Under the pieces are notes generated by a model. The model was not told the origin of the DNA, made no database searches, and saw nothing but the letters and a program-made list of their open reading frames with translations. Positions 31,905 to 41,632 of a stretch of DNA of 64,000 nt are shown piece by piece (within the stretch, counting starts at the first letter, position 1; each line of letters begins with the position of its first letter). The stretch comes from an uncultured Bacteroidota bacterium (GTDB lineage Bacteria > Bacteroidota > Ignavibacteria > Kryptoniales > JAKASW01): the NCBI GenBank assembly GCA_963808245.1, contig CAWEES010000002.1:113676-177675 (forward strand), written 5' to 3'. The position numbers and the translations under genes were made by a program.

Positions 31905-32915
31905 ATGCTGAAGATAAATTTTTATGAAGTAGATAAAGCCGATAAACGGTTCATCAATAAATCCTTGAAAGGGAAGTTCACGCTCTCATTCTTCAAGGAG
32001 CCTCTCACCGATTCCAACATCGATACTGCAAAAGATGCGGACATCGTCTCCGTTTTTATCTATTCCATCCTCGATAAAAAAAATATCTCCTCGCTGCCGA
32101 GGCTTAAACTGATTGCGACGCGAAGCACTGGATTCAATCACATTGACTTGAAAACGGCCTCGTCCAGGACAATTCCCGTTTGCAATGTTCCGTATTACGG
32201 CGAAAACACAGTGGCCGAGCACACATTCGGACTAATACTCGCGCTTTCGCGCAATATTCATAAAGCTTATATGCGAACAATTCGAAATAATTTCTCCGTT
32301 GAAGGTCTTGAAGGCTGGGACATAAAAGGAAAGACTCTTGGAGTCATCGGTGCCGGAAGCATCGGTTCACATGTCATTAAGATTGCAAAAGGCTTCGGCA
32401 TGAACGTACTCGCCTTTGACGCCCATAAGAATCATTTTATGGAAGAAGTCCTCGGCTTTAAATATGCGTCGCTTGAAGAGCTGCTGAAGAATTCGGATAT
32501 CATCTCCCTTCATTGTCCCTATAATAAAGCGACCCATCACCTCATCAACATGAATAACATTGAACTTGTGAAACATGGCGCGTTGTTTATAAATACAGCG
32601 CGTGCAAGCATCATCGAACCGGCTTCACTTCATTATGCATTGGAAACCGGAATCTTCGGCGGCGCGGGATTGGATGTGTTTGAAGGAGAAGACCTGGTAA
32701 AGGAAGAAAACCAGATGCTGACAAGAAATGTTTCGGTTGAGCATCTGCGTGCGGTACTGGAAAAAAATATTTTACTGAATCGTGAGAATGTGATCATCAC
32801 GCCGCATATCGCGTTTGACAGCGTAGAAGCAGTCGAGAGAATCCTCGAGACGACCGTAGATAATATAGAAGGATTCATCGCAAAGAATCCCACCAACGTG
32901 GTGAACAGGGATTGA
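31905..32915 (+). CDS. D-isomer-specific 2-hydroxyacid dehydrogenase (D-lactate dehydrogenase-like)
   Basis: NAD-binding GKTLGVIGAGSIGSHV, the LHCP...T.HLIN segment, FINTARA, and the catalytic His context ITPHIAF. Confidence 0.8.
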   Translation: MLKINFYEVDKADKRFINKSLKGKFTLSFFKEPLTDSNIDTAKDADIVSVFIYSILDKKNISSLPRLKLIATRSTGFNHIDLKTASSRTIPVCNVPYYGENTVAEHTFGLILALSRNIHKAYMRTIRNNFSVEGLEGWDIKGKTLGVIGAGSIGSHVIKIAKGFGMNVLAFDAHKNHFMEEVLGFKYASLEELLKNSDIISLHCPYNKATHHLINMNNIELVKHGALFINTARASIIEPASLHYALETGIFGGAGLDVFEGEDLVKEENQMLTRNVSVEHLRAVLEKNILLNRENVIITPHIAFDSVEAVERILETTVDNIEGFIAKNPTNVVNRD

Positions 32916-32960
32916 TCGTTGATATGTTGCGGAACCAAATAAAAAGATTGAATTAGCACT

Positions 32961-34793
32961 ATGGCAGTTGAGCAGCACGAGGAAGAAATACTAGGAAAAG
33001 CTTACGACGCAAGATTAATGCGGAGACTCCTTCATTATCTGAAGCCGTATTGGGGGCAAGTAGTTTTCGCGATCATCATCACCATCGCGTATTCTGGAAT
33101 GGGGCCAATCCGTCCTTACTTTACACAGATTGCAATCGACAGTTATATTCGACGCGGGGACACCGCTGGACTTTTTAAGATTGTCGAGTTACTCTTCGCG
33201 GTCGCCTTTGCCCAGGCACTCTTGCGGTACGGGTCGGCATACCTGACGCAGTGGATCGGACAGAAAACGATTTTCGATATGCGGATGGAGATTTATAAAC
33301 ATCTTCACAAGCTGGGGATTAAATACTTCGACAGAAATCCAGTCGGAAGGCTCGTGACGAGAGTAACTAACGATGTAGAAGCACTGAATGATCTTTTTTC
33401 TTCGGGTATAGTGATGGCATTCGGTGATGTCTTCACTATCATTTGGATACTTTATTTCATGTTCAAGCTTAGCGTGCCGCTGGCATTTGTGACCCTCCTT
33501 GTCCTTCCGGTACTTGGATATATCACAATGCTTTTCAGGAAAAAAGTCCGGGCGGCATATCGCCAGGTTCGCCTGCAGATTGCGCGAATGAACGCGTTCC
33601 TACAAGAACACATTTCCGGAGTTATGGTCGACCAGATTTATAATCGAGAACGAAGAGCTTTTCATGATTTCCAGGATGTCAGCGGAAAAATGAGAGATGC
33701 AAATATAAAGTCCGTTTTCTACTATGCTCTTTTCTATCCTGGTGTCGAAGCCACTCAAGCAATAGCTATCGGGTTAATCATCTGGTTCGGGGGAACCCAT
33801 CTTATTTCTGAATCTTTTTTTCAGGCTCACGGCGGCATTTCAGTCGGAGTCCTGATAGCGTTCCTGCAATTCACCGATCAATTTTTCATGCCGATAAGGG
33901 ATCTATCGGAAAAGTATAACATCCTTCAGACTGCCATGGCATCGTCTGAAAGGATTTTTAAAGTAATAGATGATAAGACGATCATAGCTGAGACTGAAAA
34001 ACCTGCGGCGTTAGGAGATGTCAAAGGAAAGATAGAATTCAGGGATGTGACATTTGCTTACGACGATCAGAATTATGTTTTGAAAAATGTAACGTTTACA
34101 GCAAATCCGGGAGAGACCATTGCAATTGTGGGTGCCACCGGTGCGGGGAAGACTTCCATCGTCAATCTCCTCATGAGATTTTACGACGTGAACGAAGGAG
34201 GCGTTTTTATAGACGGGGTTAATGTGAAAGATGTGTCAAGTGCGGAACTTCGCAAAAACATTTCCATTGTCATGCAGGATGTCTTTCTCTTTTCGGGAAG
34301 CGTACACGAAAATATTTCTTTAGGCAATGGGGCAATATCAAATGAAAGTATAGAAAAAGCGGCGTCATTGGTGGGCGCCGACCAATTCATAAAAAGACTT
34401 CCGAAAGCGTACGATGACGACGTGAAAGAGCGCGGGGCTGCGCTGTCCGTCGGACAGAAGCAGTTAATCTCGTTTGCACGCGCACTGGCTCACGATCCAA
34501 AGATTCTGATTCTCGATGAGGCTACTGCAAACATCGATACGGAAACCGAGCAGTTGATACAAAAAGCTACAGAGAACTTGTTAAGAGGACGGACGAGTAT
34601 TGTTATAGCTCACAGGTTATCGACGATCCAGCACTCATCGAAAATCATCGTCCTCCATAAGGGTGAAATCAGGGAACAGGGCACCCACCAGGAGCTAATT
34701 GCACTGGGCGGAATCTATTACCGCCTGTACCAGCTTCAGTATAAAGATCAAGAGCGTCTCGCCCAAAAAGGACACTCAAGTATGGTAAAATAA
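32961..34793 (+). CDS. ABC exporter half-transporter (TMD-NBD), consensus-site partner
   Basis: TMD plus NBD. Walker A is GATGAGKTS. Walker B with catalytic Glu is ILILDEAT. The ABC signature is non-canonical, LSVGQ (34443-34457). Confidence 0.85.
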   Translation: MAVEQHEEEILGKAYDARLMRRLLHYLKPYWGQVVFAIIITIAYSGMGPIRPYFTQIAIDSYIRRGDTAGLFKIVELLFAVAFAQALLRYGSAYLTQWIGQKTIFDMRMEIYKHLHKLGIKYFDRNPVGRLVTRVTNDVEALNDLFSSGIVMAFGDVFTIIWILYFMFKLSVPLAFVTLLVLPVLGYITMLFRKKVRAAYRQVRLQIARMNAFLQEHISGVMVDQIYNRERRAFHDFQDVSGKMRDANIKSVFYYALFYPGVEATQAIAIGLIIWFGGTHLISESFFQAHGGISVGVLIAFLQFTDQFFMPIRDLSEKYNILQTAMASSERIFKVIDDKTIIAETEKPAALGDVKGKIEFRDVTFAYDDQNYVLKNVTFTANPGETIAIVGATGAGKTSIVNLLMRFYDVNEGGVFIDGVNVKDVSSAELRKNISIVMQDVFLFSGSVHENISLGNGAISNESIEKAASLVGADQFIKRLPKAYDDDVKERGAALSVGQKQLISFARALAHDPKILILDEATANIDTETEQLIQKATENLLRGRTSIVIAHRLSTIQHSSKIIVLHKGEIREQGTHQELIALGGIYYRLYQLQYKDQERLAQKGHSSMVK

Positions 34794-35022
34794 AGCCGGT
34801 CGATTCTAGTTTCCTTCGGCTATTCCACGATCAATTGTAACTGATCGCGGAAGGTATCTGATTATCTTACTTGGGTTTATTGCAGCCAATAAACAAATGG
34901 TTATCTTTGCAATAGATTATCATCAGGAAAAAACATGCGATTATAACCGGCAGCAAATGGCCGGTCGTGAAATTCAAAGTAATTCACTAGTCGTTAGTAT
35001 TTTGAGTCAAGGGAGAATAAAG

Positions 35023-36141
35023 ATGAAAGCAAAATTACTAAGAGCTCTTTCGGTTGCGGTGTATCTCACAATTATGCTCAATTTGATTTCATGCTCATCC
35101 TTTCCCGTAAAATCAGACGCTGGAAAAACAGGCATTATTGACGCCGCCGACCCTAACATTGAGTACATCGGAAGATTTGATTTCTCCAATCCGAAGAAAG
35201 TGGTATTCGATTGGGCAGGAGTTTACATCTGTGCGAAATTCGAAGGGACCGCCTGTTCGATAAGAATCCATGATAGCACAGACGAATACGCCATCACAAT
35301 TGACGGTCACGCTCCAAGATTACTCTCCACAGACAGTTCGGAAGTTTACAATGTTGCTTCCGGACTTTCCGATTCAGTTGCTCACACGATTATGGTTCAG
35401 AAAAGAACCGAACCTCTTGTCGGGAAAGGAACCTTCATGGGATTCATACTCGACAAAAACGCAACTCTTCTTCCACCTGACAAACGTCCCGATCGGAGAA
35501 TTGAGTTCATCGGCAATTCAATAACGAGCGGGTTTGGTGTGATGGGGGACTCCTCGAATTGCCATTTCAGCCCGCAAACCGAAAACGCCACCATGTCTTA
35601 TGCCTCAATGGCGGCGAGGGAATTACAGGCGGATTACGATCTTATCTCTTACTCCGGAAGAGGTGTCGTCCGAAATTATGGCGACAAGAATAAAACGTCG
35701 ATTGACCCAATGCCGTCACTTTACGACCGCACCTGCTACTTCGACTCTACCTTGAAATGGAATTTTAAGAAATGGGTGCCACAGGCAGTCGTCATCAATT
35801 TAGGGACGAACGATTTTTCGACTAAACCATATCCGGACAAAGATGTTTTTATAGCGGCCTACGACCGACTTATTGACCGCGTGCGCGCCCTCTATCCCGA
35901 TGTTACAATCTTTTGCGTGACCGGTCCAATGATAGGTGAACCGTGCACTGATTATGTCCGTGAGGTTGTGAATGAGGAACAGCTGAAGGAGGGGAGGGAC
36001 AAAGATGTTTTCTTTATCGAAATTCCGTGGCGCATAATGAGCGATGACGATTGGGGATGCGACATGCATCCGAATATCTTCGGCGCAGAGAAAATGGCTG
36101 ATTTCGCCGTACAACTGATAAGACTCAGGATGAACTGGTAA
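35023..36141 (+). CDS. SGNH/GDSL hydrolase lipoprotein, carbohydrate esterase family 2-like
   Basis: Lipoprotein signal MKAKLLRALSVAVYLTIMLNLISC. An N-terminal beta-sandwich-like region is followed by SGNH blocks EFIGNSITSG, INLGTNDF and CDMHPN. I prefer the ATG at 35023, which has a GGGAGA SD, over the track start at 34897. Confidence 0.65.
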   Translation: MKAKLLRALSVAVYLTIMLNLISCSSFPVKSDAGKTGIIDAADPNIEYIGRFDFSNPKKVVFDWAGVYICAKFEGTACSIRIHDSTDEYAITIDGHAPRLLSTDSSEVYNVASGLSDSVAHTIMVQKRTEPLVGKGTFMGFILDKNATLLPPDKRPDRRIEFIGNSITSGFGVMGDSSNCHFSPQTENATMSYASMAARELQADYDLISYSGRGVVRNYGDKNKTSIDPMPSLYDRTCYFDSTLKWNFKKWVPQAVVINLGTNDFSTKPYPDKDVFIAAYDRLIDRVRALYPDVTIFCVTGPMIGEPCTDYVREVVNEEQLKEGRDKDVFFIEIPWRIMSDDDWGCDMHPNIFGAEKMADFAVQLIRLRMNW

Positions 36142-36344
36142 ATTAGAGAGGAAAGTGAACGGAAAGGATACCGGCCGGAACAACGCGGAAGTGTCTACTG
36201 ATAAGATTAAGCACCGATTCATTCGAGGGCAATTAATGATTTTGAAAATTGTTCCGATATTTATACCTATGACGTGAGGCTAGTCAAGTAGTTCCTATTT
36301 TAGCGTATGAGATTTCATTAAAGAATTAAATTTTGGAGAAATAG

Positions 36345-36752
36345 ATGGCATTAGTAGGATGGAGCAGTAAATATGCAGTAAACATCGCTGAAATAGATCG
36401 GCAACACCAAAGATGGTTTGATATTTTGAATGACCTTCATGAGGCGATGAAATCAGGAAAAGGAAAAGAAAAATTGGGGGAGATATTCGAGGGCCTGGTC
36501 GAATATACAAAAGTGCATTTTCAAGCGGAAGAAAAACTTATGCGGCAAAATGGATATCCGTTTTATGAAGGCCACAAGAAGATCCATGACGACATGATAA
36601 AAGAAGTAGAATTGCTCCAGTTGAGATACAAATCCGGTGAAGTTGCACTAAGCGTTGATGTCATGAATTTCTTGAGGAACTGGCTTAGCGACCATATTAT
36701 GGGAACTGACAAAAATTACGGGCCATATCTGAATTCGAAAGGAATTTCATAA
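36345..36752 (+). CDS. bacteriohemerythrin
   Basis: The full set of hemerythrin iron ligand contexts is present: IDRQHQRWF, HFQAEEKLM, HKKIHDDM, WLSDHIMGTD. Confidence 0.8.
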   Translation: MALVGWSSKYAVNIAEIDRQHQRWFDILNDLHEAMKSGKGKEKLGEIFEGLVEYTKVHFQAEEKLMRQNGYPFYEGHKKIHDDMIKEVELLQLRYKSGEVALSVDVMNFLRNWLSDHIMGTDKNYGPYLNSKGIS

Positions 36753-37076
36753 CCATCCGATTCCGGCTTTCTTAACGTTTCCGCGGTGTCCGGAGAAACG
36801 TCATCTTGTTACAGAGCATTTCATTCTTCTACTTACTGATCCAGTAATTCTCGCTTGATCATATTTAAAACCCCGACTTACATATCCAGATAGCACAGTT
36901 AGTATAGAATCTAGAACCTCTTTGCCATTGCGATTGTTATATGTTTATGCTTTTCTAAATGTTTTCTAGGTTAGTTAATGAACTTGTCGGATGCATTCAA
37001 AAGGCATGAGTACTGATAAACAAAATAATCTTTGGAAATCATAGAGAATCCCCAAAAACTAAAAACCATTTCAATT

Positions 37077-38387
37077 ATGAGAATAATGAACATAGAAGAT
37101 TCCGAGTTACGAGAACACCATGATGTTCTATCCCGAAAGTACAAAGAGTTTCAGGCACAAAAACTTAAACTAGATCTGTCACGAGGTAAGCCTTGCCCGG
37201 CTCAATTGGATCTTTCCGACGGGATGATGGATTGTCTCAGCAAAACCGATTACAAGACTATCGGCGGTACCGATTGCCGTAATTACGGTGGCGTAGACGG
37301 AATTCCCGAAGCAAAAGAACTCTGCGCCGGAATTTTGGAAGCAAGCCCCAAAGAAATAATTATCGGGGGAAATTCCAGTCTAGCTATGATGCATGATCTG
37401 ATTGCCAGGGCCATGGTACGCGGTTTGCCCGGGGTTGACACTCCATGGATACATTTGCCGTCCGTAAAATTTCTTTGCCCGAGCCCCGGCTATGATCGAC
37501 ATTTTTCAATCTGTGAATATTTTGGGATTGAAATGATTCTTACCAATTATTTAAATGACGGCCCTGACATGGATCAAGTAGAGGAAATGGCCCTGAGCGA
37601 TTCATCCATCAAAGGCATCTGGTGCGTACCCAAATATAGCAATCCAACAGGGATTACTTATTCTGACGAAGTTGTGGAACGCCTGGCAGCGATGACAACG
37701 AAAGCTCCCGACTTCCGAATATTTTGGGATAATGCTTATGCACTCCATCATTTGTATGATCCCACCGACCGGTTATTAAATATTTTGGATGCCTGTAAGA
37801 AAGCGGGACATTCTGACCGAGTTTTTGTATTCAGTTCAACTTCCAAGATCAGTTTTGCCGGCGCAGGTATCGGTATGATGGCCGGAAGCGAAACCAATAT
37901 AAACTGGCTTAGAAAGCAGATGATAATCCAAACAATTGGACCCGATAAATTGAATCAACTGCGACACGTTCGTTTCTTCAAAGATCATGCGGGTATCGAA
38001 ACCCACATGAAGCGGCATGCCACCATCCTCAGACCAAAATTTGATCTCGTATTGCAGATTCTAGAATCGGAGTTGGGCGATAAGAACCTTGCCGACTGGA
38101 ATAAGCCGAAGGGTGGATACTTTATAAATTTAAACACGCATCCCGGCTGTGCTCAAAAGGTAGTAGCAAAAGCTGCCGCGGCAGGGGTCACTCTCACCGA
38201 TGCTGGAGCTACTTTTCCTTATGGTCAGGATCCAGAAGACAAGAACATCCGGATCGCGGTCACTTTCCCGGGTTTATCTGAATTAAAATCAGCGACCGAG
38301 TTGCTGGCTCTCTGCGTTCAACTCGTCGCTACTGAAACTGAGTTTGTTCGGCGTGGATACAAAGCTCAGGTATCAGTGGACGGGTAA
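37077..38387 (+). CDS. PLP-dependent class I/II aminotransferase (AspB / subgroup Ic-like)
   Basis: LDLSRGKPCPAQLDLS N-terminal motif. YSNPTG and SSTSKISFAGAGIG (PLP-lysine context). I chose the ATG at 37077; the track TTG at 37032 is also possible. Substrate specificity cannot be told from sequence. Confidence 0.65.
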   Translation: MRIMNIEDSELREHHDVLSRKYKEFQAQKLKLDLSRGKPCPAQLDLSDGMMDCLSKTDYKTIGGTDCRNYGGVDGIPEAKELCAGILEASPKEIIIGGNSSLAMMHDLIARAMVRGLPGVDTPWIHLPSVKFLCPSPGYDRHFSICEYFGIEMILTNYLNDGPDMDQVEEMALSDSSIKGIWCVPKYSNPTGITYSDEVVERLAAMTTKAPDFRIFWDNAYALHHLYDPTDRLLNILDACKKAGHSDRVFVFSSTSKISFAGAGIGMMAGSETNINWLRKQMIIQTIGPDKLNQLRHVRFFKDHAGIETHMKRHATILRPKFDLVLQILESELGDKNLADWNKPKGGYFINLNTHPGCAQKVVAKAAAAGVTLTDAGATFPYGQDPEDKNIRIAVTFPGLSELKSATELLALCVQLVATETEFVRRGYKAQVSVDG

Positions 38388-38534
38388 TTGCACTTCAATC
38401 CCAGCATTGAAACAGAAAGGAAGGTTGTTTAAAATTAATTAACAGCGGTTCCTCTTTGAGAAATTGATCTCATTACCTTCGGAGTTGATGCCTCACTACT
38501 ACTTAAATTGTAAACCAGAGATTTGGAGTCCAAG

Positions 38535-41243
38535 ATGAAACAAGCGAGCAATTCCTTCTCCACTAAGAAACTTTTTAAAATAAAAAGCGGATCGGTAACA
38601 ATCTTTCACTTACCATCATTGAATGAGCATGGATATACTTTGGAAAATCTTCCTTACTCAATGAGGGTGCTGCTCGAGAACCTGCTGAGATTCGAAGATG
38701 GAAAGGTTGTGACTTCTGCCGACATCGAGACGCTTTTAAAGTGGAACGGAAAACCGACCCAGGACAAAGAGTTGGCATTCATGCCGGCACGTGTCCTCCT
38801 CCAGGATTTTACGGGAGTTCCTGCAGTCGTGGATCTTGCAGCTATGCGAAGTGCCGTCGAACGAATGAAGGGGGATACCAAAAAAATAAACCCGCTTATA
38901 CCGTCCGAATTAGTCATCGATCATTCTGTTCAAGTTGATAAGTTCGGCACTGACGATTCTTTTTTGTTCAATGCCGACCTGGAGTTTAAGAGAAATGTCG
39001 AACGATATGCTCTACTTCGCTGGGGTCAGAAAGCGTTCAAGAACTTTAAAGTTGTCCCTCCGGATACCGGGATAGTTCATCAGATAAATCTCGAATATTT
39101 GGCTCGCGTTGTTGAAACAAGAGAACAAAATGGCGTAGTCATGGCCTTCCCCGATTCGCTCGTGGGAACAGACTCGCACACCACAATGATAAACGGACTT
39201 GGCGTATTTGGATGGGGAGTGGGTGGAATTGAAGCTGAAGCCGTAATGCTCGGGCAGCCTTATTTCATGTTGACACCGGAAGTCGTCGGAGTAAGATTGA
39301 GAGGAGAATTGCCGGAAGGCGCTACTGCGACGGACCTGGTCCTTACTTTGACGCAGCTCCTCCGTAAGAAAGGCGTTGTCGGAAAGATTGTGGAGTATTT
39401 TGGCGAGGGGATTGCAAAATTGAGTTTGCCTGACCGCGCCACGATAAGTAATATGTCGCCTGAGTATGGCGCAACAATGGGATTCTTTCCAGTTGATGAG
39501 GAGACAATAAAATATTTGAACCTGACCGGACGAAGCGACAAGCAGGTATCCATCGTCGAAAGTTATTGCAAAGAGCAGGGACTCTTCTGGAGCAAAAATG
39601 CGACTGAACCGGTTTACAGCGATGTTGTAGAATTGGATATGAGCACTGTCGAGACTTGTCTCTCGGGGCCGAAAAGACCCCAGGATAGAGTTCTCCTGCG
39701 TGACGTGAAAAGCTCTTTCATGAAGTCTCTCACAGCACTTCCAGCTGATCGAGGATTCGGGTTGAAGCCAGAGAATTTGACCAAGAATGTGAAAGGCCGT
39801 ATGAATGGGGACTCGTTTGAATTGCACAATGGTTCAGTCGCAATTGCTGCGATCACGAGTTGCACTAATACCTCAAATCCAAGTGTTCTAATAGCTGCTG
39901 GTCTATTGGCAAAGAAGGCAGTTGAGATATACGGCTTAACGTCAAAGCCATGGGTAAAGACAAGCTTAGCGCCTGGCTCACAGGTGGTCATGGATTATTT
40001 GAAGGAAGCAGGTTTACTGAAGGCGCTGGATGAACTTCACTTTAATCTTGTAGGCTTTGGCTGCACTACCTGCATAGGAAACAGTGGGCCGTTGGACGAA
40101 AATATTTCTTCGGCAATCGAGAAAGAGAATTTGGTAGTGGCATCCGTACTCAGTGGGAACAGGAACTTTGAAGGAAGAATCAATCCGCACACAAAAGCAA
40201 GTTACCTCGCTTCGCCACCTCTCGTGATCGCATATGCGCTTGCTGGTAGAATAGACTTCGACCCGTTGACAGAACCGATTGATTATACAAAGGATAATAA
40301 GCCTGTTTTCTTAAAAGACTTATGGCCATCTCAACTGGAAATTCAGAAGGCAATAAAAGAATCAGTAAAGCCGGAAATGTATCGTTCGCGATATGCTCAT
40401 GTATTTGAAGGGGATGCAAAATGGAAAACCCTAAGAGTCCCTGAGGGGAGCAGTTATAGCTGGGAAAGCAAGTCCACTTATATCCAAGAGCCTCCTTTTT
40501 TCATGGACATCGCCATCGTTCCTCCAAAAGTTCAGGATATCACGAATGCAAGGGTGCTTGCCTTCTTGGGTGATTCTGTCACCACCGATCACATTTCTCC
40601 GGCGGGATCGATCCCGGCAAACAGTCCTGCTGGAAAGTACCTGATCGAGCATGGCGTCCAGCCAAAAGATTTTAATTCATACGGTGCAAGGCGTGGAAAT
40701 CACGAGATCATGATGCGTGGAACATTTGCTAACATACGATTAAAAAATATGTTAGTCCCCGAAACTGAAGGTGGTTGGAGTATCTATTTGCCCGAGAACC
40801 AGAAGATGTGGCTATATGATGCTTCGATGAAATACCAGTCTGAGAGGATTCCATTGCTTGTGATCGCAGGAAAAGAATACGGTAGCGGTAGTTCCCGCGA
40901 TTGGGCCGCAAAAGGAACACTCCTTTTGGGAATTAAAGCTGTTATCGCTGAAAGCTATGAAAGGATTCACAGAAGCAACCTTGTCGGCCTTGGAGTGTTG
41001 CCGCTTCAATTCAAGGAAGGAGAAAATGCCGCTACCCTCGGCATAACCGGGAAAGAAGTATTTTCAATAGTGGGCATAAAGGATAACTTGACTCCCCATA
41101 AAGGAATCAGTGTCATAGCCATTGGTGAAAAAGGGGAGACGACAAAGTTCACAGCCATTGCGCGCTTGGACAGTCAGGTTGATGTTGAGTATTACCTGAA
41201 TGGAGGCATTTTGAATACTGTCCTAAGGCAAATGCTTGTATAG
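38535..41243 (+). CDS. acnA: aconitate hydratase A
   Basis: PARVLLQDFTGVPAVVDLAAMR, GTDSHTTMINGLG, the Fe-S ligand contexts ITSCTNTSNP and GFGCTTCIGNSG, and the swivel domain SGSSRDWAAKG. I prefer the ATG at 38535 over the TTG at 38523. Confidence 0.93.
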   Translation: MKQASNSFSTKKLFKIKSGSVTIFHLPSLNEHGYTLENLPYSMRVLLENLLRFEDGKVVTSADIETLLKWNGKPTQDKELAFMPARVLLQDFTGVPAVVDLAAMRSAVERMKGDTKKINPLIPSELVIDHSVQVDKFGTDDSFLFNADLEFKRNVERYALLRWGQKAFKNFKVVPPDTGIVHQINLEYLARVVETREQNGVVMAFPDSLVGTDSHTTMINGLGVFGWGVGGIEAEAVMLGQPYFMLTPEVVGVRLRGELPEGATATDLVLTLTQLLRKKGVVGKIVEYFGEGIAKLSLPDRATISNMSPEYGATMGFFPVDEETIKYLNLTGRSDKQVSIVESYCKEQGLFWSKNATEPVYSDVVELDMSTVETCLSGPKRPQDRVLLRDVKSSFMKSLTALPADRGFGLKPENLTKNVKGRMNGDSFELHNGSVAIAAITSCTNTSNPSVLIAAGLLAKKAVEIYGLTSKPWVKTSLAPGSQVVMDYLKEAGLLKALDELHFNLVGFGCTTCIGNSGPLDENISSAIEKENLVVASVLSGNRNFEGRINPHTKASYLASPPLVIAYALAGRIDFDPLTEPIDYTKDNKPVFLKDLWPSQLEIQKAIKESVKPEMYRSRYAHVFEGDAKWKTLRVPEGSSYSWESKSTYIQEPPFFMDIAIVPPKVQDITNARVLAFLGDSVTTDHISPAGSIPANSPAGKYLIEHGVQPKDFNSYGARRGNHEIMMRGTFANIRLKNMLVPETEGGWSIYLPENQKMWLYDASMKYQSERIPLLVIAGKEYGSGSSRDWAAKGTLLLGIKAVIAESYERIHRSNLVGLGVLPLQFKEGENAATLGITGKEVFSIVGIKDNLTPHKGISVIAIGEKGETTKFTAIARLDSQVDVEYYLNGGILNTVLRQMLV

Positions 41244-41632
41244 AGGATGCTTACAAACAAGTACAAGGCAGTCCGACGTCATCGAATGGAATTAGCGCTT
41301 AACACATTCTGTGAATCCACATTGAATATTCTTTCGTCGATTGAAGACCTCAAGTCGCAAGCAACTGACTTGGAAGTGCTTCAGCTGTAAAGTAACTTAA
41401 TAAGTTCGGTTGCCAAGCCTGAAAATGTTCTATGAACCGATGGGCTTAAAAGTTGTAAATGGTTGGTTAAACGACTTTAATATTTCTTTGAGTATGAAAT
41501 ATTAAAAGAGCAAAAATTAGCCAACGAGACGTGGCCAAGTCAGGGAATGCATTGTCCACTTTTGCGAAGTATGCGTACCATCTATGCAGAGTCAACAGAA
41601 AAAGATAATTAAAATTTACTCATTAAGTACAA

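Noticed and set aside
34897-35022. A 42-codon N-terminal extension of the CE2/SGNH esterase ORF, as given in the track.
   Set aside because: An internal ATG at 35023 is preceded by a GGGAGA SD and starts a textbook lipoprotein signal peptide. The extension is hydrophilic and lacks homology features.
36753-37076. A long AT-rich spacer upstream of the aminotransferase gene, examined for a riboswitch, T-box or attenuator. I also looked for FNR/Fur-like boxes near the hemerythrin and acnA genes.
   Set aside because: There is only a weak hairpin after the hemerythrin gene (about 36775-36801). No conserved riboswitch cores are present, and no TTGAT-N4-ATCAA or Fur-box match is better than half-site level.
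39012-39827. Long antisense ORFs inside strongly supported genes. Examples: 271 aa opposite acnA at 39012-39827, 214 aa opposite clpB at 22684-23328, 177 aa opposite the CDF gene at 47806-48339, and 172 aa opposite the CNNM gene at 8448-8966.
   Set aside because: Their translations are low-complexity (Ser/Arg/Leu-rich) with no recognisable motifs. Each is fully nested opposite a gene with unambiguous homology signatures. They are typical shadow ORFs.
41247-41390. A 47-codon + strand ORF directly after acnA (MLTNKYKAVRRHRMELALNTF...) and the otherwise empty 390-bp spacer (41244-41632) before the kinase gene. I also checked this spacer for tRNA, SRP, 6S or riboswitch-like motifs.
   Set aside because: The ORF has no recognisable protein or RNA signature. 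The only structure is an imperfect hairpin at about 41338-41385 (TGAAG..CAAGTC / GACTTG..CTTCA) without a U tract, which may be the acnA terminator. Nothing can be supported further.
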